From: Acanthaster planci
Taxonomy: Eukaryota
Direction: 5' to 3'
Length of the DNA stretch: 64,000 nt
Assembly: GCF_001949145.1 (NCBI RefSeq)
Contig: NW_019091361.1
Location: 4,016,148-4,080,147 of the forward strand
Of this stretch, positions 29,701-39,826 are shown piece after piece. The number at the start of each line of letters is the position of its first letter. Within the stretch, counting starts at the first letter, position 1. Under the pieces are notes generated by a model, which was not told the DNA's origin, made no database searches, and saw only the letters and a list, made by a program, of their open reading frames with translations. Position numbers and translations under genes: made by a program.

Positions 29701-32700
29701 TGTACGTTTATAGTACGTTTCAGATGAATTTTCAAAAAATGCATGCTTTTAATAGTTTGAGAGTCACTTGAGCCCACCCCAATAATGCACTTTTTCTATT
29801 TATGTGATTTTTCATCTTCCATTTCATCAAGTATAAAACAATTTTTGCCGGGGAAGTCTGTGTGCACCAGGCAGTGTCACCCAGCATGCAGGAACATGTA
29901 CCGGTACCGGGATACATGTACATGTGTGTACACATATATGTACATACACATGTACATGCACATGTTGTATATCCGGTATGTACATATGTGTATATCCAAT
30001 AGTTACTGTGTAGTATAATGCTCTCATCCACAGTGTTCCCCACAAAATACTGGGAAAACTTAATCATCTCAAAGCATGCCCATTACGCTTAGGATCGAGG
30101 TGGGACTTAATATATATGTACTAATTTCCGGTTGCGTGAAGTGGCTTCGTTTAAATTACCTGCGCTTTATTGGATTCCAGAAAATGGAGGTGATCGAATC
30201 TCATTCCTTTTGTTTCCGGTCACTGTGTTTATTCAAGGGCACTGCCTGTAATGTACAGGTACGTGTAATGTATGTACTAGTACATGCACATGTACCTCAT
30301 ATACCGTAATTAGCCAAAGTTCACGAGGGCCGTTTCTTGCCCCCGTAAGTTATACTGACACTTTACAGCATCCATTGCGTAACCAATTGAGCTAGAGTAA
30401 AACTTGATTAAGATTTGGCCAAAATTGCACAAAGACGTTTAGCTGTTTTTTTTCGGTTGTTGTTGATTTATACCGTTAGCAGAGAGAACCAGCCTTAATT
30501 GATTGTGGCAGTTCATAGTGTACGTACATGTATATGTACCTACATGTACATTATACAGCTTGGAAAGAAAGAAAAAATCCTACATGAACACGCGTACATT
30601 TGTACATGCATGTGCGTGTTACATGAAGTGTTTGTGATTTCTCCCACAGTGCAATTTTTTGACCTGAAACAAACACTTCTCTTTCTTTTCTGGGCCCAAT
30701 TTCACAGCTTACTGCAAGTGAATTTCAGCGCTTACCGTAACAGAAAATTCTGCACTTACATTGCACGCTGAATGTATTCCACGGGTTAGCGAGGAATTTT
30801 GGCTTGTGCGCTTGCGTATATCCCGTGACTAAAGATTCTGTGCTTAAAAGAGTTAGCGCAGAATTTTTCTGCTTGCTCGGTTAGTGCAGAATGGAGATCG
30901 TAAGCGTGGAATTTTGCAGTAAGCAGCACCATGAAATTGGGCCCTGGTCCAGCGTACAAAAGTTCATTGTGCCACATCAGTATGAGTACCTGATTTGATG
31001 AAAAACAAACCGCAAAGTTGTGTAAGAATGGACACCGCATGCCTGCTTAGAAACTCAAATCCGGGGACAATAAGCACAGTACGCATTCACAAACATGCAT
31101 TTGTGTAAGTACCGCTAATTAACATTTTGTGTGAACACATTCATTCATTAAATTGCACCTGTCTTTCGTGTGATTTTTACGATTTGAAAAAAAGATGAGG
31201 ATTTGTTATTAACCTCAGATTTAGTATTATACATTACTAGTACATGTACATGTAGTTATATCCAACTAATTTCCATTGTTGTTTGTGTATGTTGTGTACA
31301 GGAGATCCCTGAGGAGGACATTGAGGAACCGCTGGACATCAGCTGGCCCCCTACGCTACGGAAGCGGGTCACCTACGTCCTTCTCGCCCCTTTGGTCTTT
31401 CCAATGTGGCTGTTACTGCCAGATGTCAGGAGAGAGGTTGGTTCATTCATGTAATATGCAGTAGAACACGTACCTGCTCATGTGTCTTGCGTGTGCTAAA
31501 GCGGCGATGATACTCGCTCAGACAGGGTTGGGTTGAACATTCTCTGGGCCCTAAGCTGTTGTGTTCTGCAGGCCGCAAATCCTCCCTATTCACCAGGACC
31601 AATTTCATAACACTAGAAAAACGATGGAGCCTCACCTTTCATGTTAATGTTAATGCACGTTAAACCAGTTTGAAGTTATCTATCCCCCAATCAAAAAGTC
31701 AAAGAGAAACGTTAAGAGCTGTTTGTTTTACAGCATTCTGGTAATTTTGTTGGCTCTCACATGGGTTTTTTTGGGTAGGCTCCAAAATATTTGTAGGCTT
31801 TAGGCATGTTGCCTACTTCATAATTGCAGACCCTTGGTAGTGATGAAAATTGCAGTATTGAAAGTTACGGGAAAAGAAATCAAAATGTGGGCAAGGAGAG
31901 GATAGCTACACTGTATGCGTTGGTCAGCATTTCCTTTGCTGAGTTTCTGTGCATGGTACATGTAAGTTTTCTTGTTTCTGTAGCAAATCCTGCCTGAACT
32001 TTGCCCATCCTCTGACAGTTACATATACATGTATGGACAGAACACCTTGGGTTGTAGATATATCTCGTGTATGTCTGGTATTTCATTCCTTAATACTGTA
32101 CAAAGTACTCATCCAAGCACAATGCCAGGTAACCATCATGTTGCAGACCTGTATCAGAGCCTTTCACAGATTTGGCGTCCAGTCACGGACGCATTGGCTT
32201 GTATGAATAAATGAACCGAATGATGTCCTGCTGCTGACCACACTAACAAGAAGATATTACCTTCCAAACTGCGCCATAATGGGAATATTGCCCACCGTTC
32301 TACCACCAGCTCACCCATCAGTTCCATTATGTCACAAGTCTGCCCGGTTGATACATCCATATCAAGCATGGAAAACAAGGCCCGGGAAGGTGTGAAACTC
32401 AATTATCGTGCATATGCCACGAGACGTGTGGATGACCCGTTCCTTTTTGCATCACAACGATGTTTTGGGACATCTGTCAGAATCTGTACAGTGCTTGTCG
32501 GCTAATGAGATTTGAAACCTTTACGTTGAAGTACAGTAGCTGCATTGTCACGATCCATCTGCCTTGCCTTGTACTATCCTTTTTTCAACCTTATAATGTA
32601 GCACTTTTTTCGCGCATCCTAAGTTTAGGCACTTTCAGAACACACATATTTGTTTCACTTTTCCCTCGTTGATATTGTCTCTTGTAGCTATTCGTGACAT

Positions 32701-35700
32701 CTCCCATCTGTCTTTTTCTTGCACTTTCAACGATGTTAGTACTGCCGGTAATAATGACGGGGCTCCACAATTTAGAACATACGTCAATTTCTTTCAAACC
32801 TCCTGCTGGACTTAGGAAGATCTGGAAACATTCAAATTAATTCTAGCATCTGCATTTCTCCAACCTCTGCCCCCACTCGCTACCGTGACACATCCATTTG
32901 TAACTGCTGTACCAGTTTCTCGCACAATTTCCTGTCCTCTTCATTCCATTTAGCCACCATGCTTTTCCACGCTTCCTAACATCAAAGGCTTTCTCTCAAC
33001 CCCTTTGCTTTTGCTTTGCCCCATTCTAATTATTCCTGCAACCTCCTTTGATTTCTTAGCCTCCCTTCTCCTTCTGCTCTTTCTGCCTAATTTTGTCCTC
33101 ACTTCCTGATCTCTTAAGCCTCTCCTCTTTTTTCCTCCTTCCTGCACTGGTCAAACTCACTTTTAACCCTCTGTCCCTGACACATATTTTCTGACTGCCA
33201 ACATCGGAGCTGTTGGCTCCCCCCCTCCCCAAGTGGCCTCAGAATGCCTGTTTTCTCATTCTGTCCATTGCTGAAGTAATCAAATCATCTCTGTTCTGCT
33301 TTCATTCCTGCGGGACTCTAAATCATCCTTGAATTTTTCCTTATCCCTCCCCCATTTTTCAGAAATAAGCTGCTGCCAAATAGCTAGCGCCGCAGTCTCT
33401 GTAGAAGCCAGTTACGTATGTAACCCGTCCGCCTGATGCCTCATGTTCGAGGGCTTCCTCACGCATCTAAGAACGCCATTTGGCAAATTTCACACCTACT
33501 CCCAGCTGCTTGTGTGCCGGCCGTCATTTGATTTATGGCCTTTTCCCTGCTAATCACTCATGTGACGACGTTATCTTGGCATCAGCTCTTCATTCTAGCA
33601 TGCGCTGATTGTGTTATTAGTTTTCCCTTGGAGCGTGTTGTGGCAGATCCTCCTCAAGAAGATCAAGGATCTGTGGGAACGTGCAGACGGGAGGACACTC
33701 AACAACTGTTTGATTTGAATTTAGAGTGCATTGTTAGTTAATTGAAGTGGGAGTTCTTCTCGGGGCAGGCAACAAATCTCTGGACTGGATAGTGACGTGT
33801 ATTTCTTTCAATTAAATTGCAAAACATTTGTACGAATAGCTTGTTGGTTATTATTGAACACAACTTGGGGTGTGCTGTAAGTCTGAAGCCCTCCTTCGAT
33901 TTCCCGTTGTGTCTTCACGATTTTCATTCCCAACAGTTCAGAGTCCTCAAAAATTAAGTCACTCTATCGAGCTCACAGTGTACGTGCAGGTTTAAGCATG
34001 GACAGAAAGCCTTTACTGCACAACTTCCACATACTTTGATTAAGGCGAGGGACTGAATAGTGAAATACGTGCATGTTGGATGTACTTCACTGAAGGTTTG
34101 GTTCAAGTACTTTTGCATGAAGACGGTTCTGCAAACAGGTATACTGTGCAAGGTTTACTTCCCTTGTCTTCCATTTTTGCTCCATGAAAAGTGTCTGAAT
34201 GTTTACATGCAACAAAAGAGTACGTAAATTGAATGTCTTACTTTGGGATCTAAAATTACTTAGACTTAAAAGCATTTTGTAGGGAAATTGTTTCCATTAA
34301 TTGTGAACTTCAACTGATGTACATGTCCATGTCGGTTCATGTACTGGTACATGCACCAATGTTGATGTGACTTGTGCCTCATCTTATGAGAAGGCGACCC
34401 CATCATTTTCATTACAAGCAGAAATAGGATCTTGGTACCCATTTGATACCCCTGACAGTTGCAAAGGTCAGTATCTCCTCACGGGGATTACTTTCCTTGC
34501 ATCTCTGCTTTCTGAAACCCTGGACAGAGGCCCTGAGGAGGCTCGGCCATGTCCAGCAGCAGATCCAATCTGCATCACATGGGAGGTCCCGTTTTCACCG
34601 TTTCCGTCTCTGTCAGATTTTTTTCCCCCACACGAGCCATCTCCAGTAACGACCGAAATGAGTTTTCGTATCAGCCAGACCACGCTTTCATATCAGGTTC
34701 AGAAATACAAGCATGCAGGGTTGGGTCAGTTTTAGGACAAACCTGGAAAGTGGGTCATGTACATACATGTACATTATCACTCATTTATTGACCTACGTCT
34801 GGGTTTTTTTGTCTCCCTTTTGCAGGAGAAGAGGAAATATTTTCCGGTGACTTTCGTCGGCAGTATTTTGTTCATCGCTGGGTTCTCCTACCTCATGCTG
34901 TGGTGGGCGACAGTCTTTGGCAGGACGATCGGAATCAAAGATTCGGTAACTACTTATGTTGCCGTTCTCCCCGCTCAGCCCAGTGATGTCCCCGTAAATT
35001 AAACCCTAGGTCAGCACGCCACAACAGGCCCTCAACATTTTCAGAGGCTGTGCAAGCAGCTGTTCCATTACTCCCAATCTAATAGCCTCGATGCAGCCTC
35101 CAAAATGTGCAGAGCACCTTGTGTTCTGACAACTGAATTTCCTGTCAGAAGTTGTTTTGCCTGAAAAAAAAAATGCATGAATTATCAAAACGGCATCTGT
35201 GATGATCCAAGCTGCATGAAGGACATGTACATACATGTTCACACAGTGTACATGCTATGCCCAGCTATTCATGTGCTGTGCACTTGCCAAGATAATTTTA
35301 CTCACAGGTGTAGTGCAAGCGAAAGCAAAGGTTATTCACTGTACATGTAGCTCTGCTTTCTACATTGCACATGCACTGTACATGTACATATATGTGTACG
35401 TGTACTCTGTAATATGCATTAAGTTCGTTTATCACATCTGACTTGAAAATGTTTTACATGTACAAAACATGTTATGCTACTTGTGAGGTAGGGGCACATG
35501 CAATGTACATGTACAGTGCATGCATGGAGAGTTATCAGGTATATTAAACATGTTTTTGTCAGGTGGAATTTAACTTGTGAGCTCATTTTAACAACAAGCC
35601 CCGGCACATTCATCCTTGTCTGGCAAGCAGAATTTTCTGGTTGGCTGCAAATTTAGCTTGTGCAGGGCCCTCTGAATGACGTTAAAGCTGTTTTGCCCGT

Positions 35701-38700
35701 AATCAGCATTATTCTAGTTCCTCCGAAACCAACCAAGGTGATTTGACTTGTTCTTTTCAGGTGATGGGAATCACGTTCCTTGCTGCAGGCACCAGTATAC
35801 CGGACCTCATCACCAGCGTCATTGTAGCCAGGAAGGGCCTGGGTGACATGGCTGTCTCCAGCTCTGTGGGGAGCAATATATTTGACATCACCGTTGGGTA
35901 AGTGCCCAGTGGAGTCTAGGGCCATTTTCGGCTACATCACCCATTGGAACATCTTTAGAGAGCCTTCGTTATTGAGAACAGCTTTAGTCTTTGCATTGCA
36001 TTCGTATGCAAGAGTTTTGATGTTCTGTGCAGAAATTGGCCTACTGAAAATGGTTTCTTGAAGTTTTCTTCAAGTTAAGGACTTAAGAGTCATTTAATTT
36101 GAAACTGAAGCGTACTAATGTAAGTTCTTAGTGTAAGTTTGTTTTGGGTAAGTTTTCTTTTGAAACTCTTTCTTTTGGGGGGCTTGGAAAATCCTTTTAT
36201 TTGTGGCAGTAAAATAAAACCCTGCCTAGTGTGTCTGACAGTTTGTACACTGGTGGCAGGCTTTTGAGTATTGTGTAGTGTGGGCGCCATATCACTTGCT
36301 GAACATTTTACAAAGTAACAAGCGCTGCGTTGTTCTAAATAGCCCTTTGCTTTTGCTGCAGAGGCAGATAAGACTCACATTCTTAGACGCAGTGCATTCG
36401 GCCTGCGTTGTATATGGGATGTGCATCTGCTTATTATTGCACGGCCATTGGGCAGTACCAAGGATTTGATTTGGATAAGGGATAGGCGTGTTCCCTCTGG
36501 CCCCAATCTGTTTTCATCTTCATCTTCATCTTTTCTGTCTTGGGGCGGTAAAACTAAAGACATGCCAACTCCTTGGTTTCTTAATATCCTCCAGTCCCTG
36601 CCCATCATCTTTGCTCTGTGCTGTACACATGTGGCTTTCTCCTTGTCTGGCATGTTTGGCCCCTGCCCGTCGTACATCAACTAGTGTGCAACAGTGTGCA
36701 TCACAGCGTGGTCCGCCCCGAGCATCAATCCTTTTCTGTCAATAATTGCTGCCCGCTGCGTGGCCACTTGCAACAAACTCCACCCAAAGAAATCTCTTTC
36801 CAGGCACCGGCAACCCGATAGATCAAATTATCACTGGGAACATCTAACCGGAGGGCGGGCCTGCCCAGCCGGCCGCGCTTGCCTTGTGTACTCCTGCCAA
36901 GTCTCATCTTTGCCGAGAAATTCAAGACGAGTCAGACTCGCCAGCCGAGTCCTTTCCCCCCCCCCCCGTCCCAGTCTTGTGGATTTCAGAACATCATTCA
37001 TACTTAATAAGCTATGACAGATGTCCCATCGGGCACCAGTAAATAAAGTAACGGACTGATGAGATGGAGAGATCTGGTCATTAAAAACTAATGAATGCAA
37101 TTAATTTCCCATGCAGTGCAGCGTGGGCTTGTGGACGGCAAGAGGCCCCACTCAAAAAACCCACCCTGACTTCTGTCTGTACATCCCACATGGCCTTTGC
37201 ATAACATGCTTCCAAGGCCTCATCATTTTTCACTCTCTTCCGATGCCATTTTGCCCAAATATGCACAGCAGCGATAAGCCCCTGCTCAGGTAAATTTTTT
37301 GTGGTCACTCCGGGGAGCCATTAAATTCGTAATGGGTATTCCCATTCAGATCTCAGATGCAAGATATCTGTCAAATGCAAGCACACCGCTCTCAAGGCAA
37401 TGTCCTGTGATGTGTTTTCCCCGTAATGGAACAATAATGATCGCACAACTCAAAAAGCCGATTTATGTCTCAACAAAGGAACTTGCTGAGCCAGCCAAGA
37501 CGAAAATTGAATAGTGGCAAACATCAGTCAGGTGGCGGCACATCCCTGCACATCAAAAGCACCTCGTATCTAATGATGATTACTTGCCATTAGTGGGCGT
37601 GGAATTTTTTTTATGATTAGTCTCTGCTACCCTTCGTATAATTTAGCGGAGAACTTTCATTTGATGAAATGTTGGCATCAAGCAGAGGCAGATACTTTTG
37701 TGCATGGAGTGTTCATCCAGCTCCCCATGACAAATCAAACATTTTGCGCTGAAGCTGATGAAACATGGAGAGAGAATAAAAAAAACCTGAGGTTTTGTCC
37801 GAATCCGCACTCCATCTTAGTACCCAGGGCCAGTCTGTGAATCAAAGTCCCCCCCCCTTTGCTTTTGTCTTTTTGTTTGCTTGGGGCTTCTTTCGTTGTT
37901 TGTTGTGTTTTGTGCTGTTTCATTGTTGATTGCATTTTTTGTCCTTGTGTGCCATAGAATGTTGTTGAAACTATTGTGGGCACATACATGTACATGTACT
38001 TGCAGCCAGGGAGTTTATTTGCTCAATGCAGACTAGGGTTTTGTGGTTTACTTTTGCTTTGGAAGTATACATGTAAAGTGTATGTACCAGTATTTTTGGA
38101 ATACTTGCTGTGCGATATACTGTTTTCATGTTGCATTTGTAATTTTTGCCTCCCCGATTGTGCTATTATCAGATTCCCTGTCTCTGCTAATCTTTCCCCC
38201 CCCCCTTGGACACGATACTGAATCATCGATTAAGTATGAAAACGCTCACTTTATCATGGCTTCCCTGCTTCTTGGTAGGCCATTTTATAGGGATCATAGA
38301 ATATCAAATAGAATATCAAATATCTATTTTTTCAATTTGAATATCGTTTAGTGTATTACAGTGAAATGAAAGAAAGTCATTTAATGTGTTAAAGTCATTT
38401 TACTGTTTTTTAAACAGTCTACCACTGTTTTGGGCATAGCACGCCCGCGCCCACCCGTTGATGAGTGACACAGCACCGCTGCATGCTAATCCAGCCACAT
38501 TTGAAAAGACACCACTCATCTTCATTGGGGACAAAGGAAATTACGCAACACCTCACAATTCTGGGCTCTCTTTTACATGGCGGCAGGCGTTGCTGAAATA
38601 CGAGTCAATGAATTTGTCTGTCAGCCTAGAGTAGCCACCAAACAGTCATTCGTGTGGGTGTAAATGTCCATTTAATGAAATGAAGAATTTTGAAAACTGA

Positions 38701-39352
38701 AAATCTTGACAATCTGCCGCATGTGTACACTGCATTTTTAAAAGCACCCGGCAGCAAGTGGTTAATAAAGTTTCATCCCCCAATAGAAGTTAACAGTTCT
38801 GCTTGTGGTTACTAACTAATCCCAAGTTATTGTTATGGTTATGATGTATAATATGTCATTTATCAGTAAAAAAAAATGCTTCTCTTGAGATTTGGGTGAC
38901 CAAACATTTGCCATACAACTGAAAAGAGAAACAGGGATACACAAGACTTTGTGTGCTACCCTTTCTTAACAAAAGCACTTACCCCAAAGATGGCTGCTCT
39001 GCACAATCTCTGTATGCGAGTGGTTAATCATATTTCAGGTCAAATGTTTCAATAATCAATTGTTGGATCTGACTAAGTCCTACTTCTTGTGGTTGCGTTT
39101 AGGCTACCTCTGCCGTGGCTGATCTACAGCATCACCCAGCTGGGCTCCCCCGCCACCGTGGAGAGCAAGGGCCTCTTCTGCTCTATCCTCCTCCTCTTTG
39201 GCATGCTGCTGATGGTCATCGTGACCATCGCCGTCTCCCGCTGGCGGATGACCAAGACGCTGGGCGCTGCCATGTTCCTCCTCTACGTCGTCTTCATCAC
39301 CATCAGCCTGCTGTTGGAGTCGGCCGTCATCCCCTGCCTGCTCACCCCATGA
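1847..39352 (+). CDS. SLC24A2: K+-dependent Na+/Ca2+ exchanger (NCKX, SLC24 family; NCKX1/2 / Nckx30C-like). Spliced CDS join(1847..2719,20526..20646,22212..22624,31302..31436,34826..34945,35761..35897,39103..39352), 682 aa
   Basis: Alpha-1 repeat [17 protein letters not shown]...[14 protein letters not shown] and alpha-2 repeat [17 protein letters not shown]...[15 protein letters not shown] are present, as are the loop motif [18 protein letters not shown] and GLPLPWL. All six introns are GT-AG with matching phases (0,1,0,0,0,2). Summed length 2049 nt is an open frame. The symbol gives the closest vertebrate subfamily only; 1:1 orthology is not established. Extra small or alternative exons, e.g. 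in the 19.4 kb gap, cannot be excluded. Confidence 0.93.
4820..5250. repeat. G/A-rich minisatellite, about 35-bp unit (GAGTAGGAGATGGATAGGATGATGGGGAGGGGGTG), interrupted by an assembly gap
   Basis: Unit starts at 5063 and 5098 (period 35), with degenerate copies on both sides of the N-run 4958-5044. Confidence 0.9.
7856..8033. mobile_element. Tc1/mariner (pogo/Tigger-like) MITE, about 23-bp TIRs, TA TSD
   Basis: TA|CACTTGAACCTTGTTAATAAGAG ... CTCTTATTAACATGGTTCGACTG|TA. Confidence 0.75.
12388..12545. mobile_element. MITE with about 50-bp TIRs and 6-bp TSD CTAGGG
   Basis: CTAGGG|CAGACCTGCCAACATGCCGTACTCCTTCCTGAGGTCAGGCATTACCACA ... TGTGGCAATGCTTGACCTCAGGAAGGAGTACGGCCAGGTTGGCAGGTCTG|CTAGGG. 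Confidence 0.88.
14657..14836. mobile_element. Tc1/mariner-type MITE, TA TSD
   Basis: TA|CAATCCTGGACAA ... TTGTCCAGGATTG|TA, with weaker inward extension of the inverted match. Confidence 0.75.
19440..19710. other. Assembly gap (N-run) in NCKX intron 1
   Basis: Run of n. Confidence 1.
20526..20646 (+). CDS. SLC24A2: NCKX coding exon 2 (cytoplasmic loop; [40 protein letters not shown])
   Basis: Polypyrimidine tract plus TGCAG acceptor ending 20525; donor A|GTAGGT at 20647; motif resembles NCKX1/2 FQLMIHTLDPL. Confidence 0.9.
22212..22624 (+). CDS. SLC24A2: NCKX coding exon 3 (low-complexity cytoplasmic loop with His/Gln-rich tract)
   Basis: Acceptor TTTTGCTGCAG ending 22211 in phase 1, matching the previous donor; GC-rich open frame; donor CAG|GTGAAT at 22625. 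Confidence 0.85.
25828..25851. mobile_element. Solo right end of the same MITE family as 30693-30943
   Basis: TAAGCAGCGCCATGAAATTGGGCC|CAG differs by one base from 30920-30943; the left end is not recognisable. Confidence 0.6.
28642..28788. repeat. 39-bp direct repeat (period 108) embedded in TACATG arrays
   Basis: TGTCCTGAGCA(C/G)TATGAGCTGAGCAGTACACATACATGT at 28642 and 28750. Confidence 0.9.
30693..30943. mobile_element. PIF/Harbinger-like MITE with CTG TSD
   Basis: CTG|GGCCCAATTTCA...GCTTACTGCAA ... TTGCAGTAAGC...TGAAATTGGGCC|CTG. Superfamily is inferred from GG termini and a 3-bp CWG TSD. Confidence 0.78.
31302..31436 (+). CDS. SLC24A2: NCKX coding exon 4 ([45 protein letters not shown])
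   Basis: Conserved NCKX PLxxxWP...Y...P...P.W..LPDVR motif; CAG acceptor ending 31301; GTTGGT donor at 31437. Confidence 0.93.
34826..34945 (+). CDS. SLC24A2: NCKX coding exon 5 ([40 protein letters not shown])
   Basis: Conserved TF.GSI..IA.FSYLM.WWA motif; CCCTTTTGCAG acceptor; GTAACT donor at 34946. Confidence 0.94.
35761..35897 (+). CDS. SLC24A2: NCKX coding exon 6, alpha-2 repeat ([46 protein letters not shown])
   Basis: Not in the ORF track (too short); read directly. TTCTTTTCAG acceptor ending 35760; GG|GTAAGT donor at 35898. Confidence 0.96.
38403..38761. mobile_element. 5'-truncated copy of the piggyBac-like element at 52329-52910
   Basis: Colinear shared blocks (CACAGCACCGCTGC.TGCTAATC; CTGGGCTCT; TTTGTCTGTCAG.CTAGAG; AGAATTTTGAAAAC), ending in GG|TTAA. 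Confidence 0.75.
39103..39352 (+). CDS. SLC24A2: NCKX terminal coding exon (LPLPWLIYS...[10 protein letters not shown]...MTKTLG...[14 protein letters not shown])
   Basis: TTTAG acceptor ending 39102 in phase 2; conserved C-terminal TM segments; TGA at 39350-39352. Confidence 0.94.
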
Positions 39353-39530
39353 TCCAGTCTCGGATGTCGGTAGGGTCAAACAGGAGCCAAAATGGAGTAG
39401 CTTCAGAAGATAGAAATTGGGCAGTTTTGCCCTGGATGTCGCCAGTGAGGAGCCAATGTAACAAGTGGATCACGTTCCTGTGGGTGCATCTTGCCATTTT
39501 TTTTCCCTCTTAATATTTTAGGTATTTTAC

Positions 39531-39536
39531 AATAAA
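39531..39536 (+). terminator. Candidate proximal polyadenylation signal of NCKX (others at 39721, 40749, 46445)
   Basis: First AATAAA after the stop codon; usage unknown. Confidence 0.35.
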
Positions 39537-39766
39537 GTTCAATCAATTAGACTAGTCCTGTTGGCTGTTTGGAAAAGTAGACAACTTGCCTGAAATTATA
39601 AAACTACATTAATGTGTCGATAATGACTCCCAGATTCACAAACTCGATAGAATTGGCCTGGTTAATTTGATGTTTAGTAGAAGTGGGTTAGTTCAAATTT
39701 CAGGGTAGATCACGGAAGTGAATAAAGGTAAAAAGAGTCCTTGGTTTTCAGTTCAGGAGCATTGAA

Positions 39767-39826
39767 GCCAAGTAGCCACACTGTTGGCCAAGTAGCCACA
39801 CTGTTGGCCAAGTAGCCACACTGTTG
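39767..39826. repeat. Perfect tandem repeat 3 x 20 bp (GCCAAGTAGCCACACTGTTG)
   Basis: Read directly. Confidence 0.95.

Larger units (their letters stand above)
2941..35530. repeat. Dispersed short (TACATG)n arrays and related TA-flanked words throughout NCKX introns (dense clusters at about 3560-4230, 7680-7825, 11085-11215, 12570-12725, 28500-28975, 29890-29995)
   Basis: Very many TACATGTA words are visible. They produce the MYMY/TCTC/VHVH pseudo-ORFs in the track and are absent as arrays from coding exons. Confidence 0.95.

Noticed and set aside
2940..30309. Dozens of ORFs rich in MYMY, TCTC or VHVH
   Set aside because: They are the three-frame translations of the palindromic TACATG repeat; no splice or homology support.
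36555..36684. [22 protein letters not shown] as an alternative NCKX last exon (resembles GLPLPWL)
   Set aside because: The nearest AG lacks a polypyrimidine tract and gives the wrong phase, and downstream TM motifs are absent. The true exon is at 39103.
39104..39513. Overlapping alternative-frame and antisense ORFs over the NCKX last exon (also over exon 1)
   Set aside because: Expected by-products of GC3-rich hydrophobic coding sequence.
39767..39826. Short repeats as a CRISPR-like array
   Set aside because: Head-to-tail units without spacers, eukaryotic context, no cas genes.
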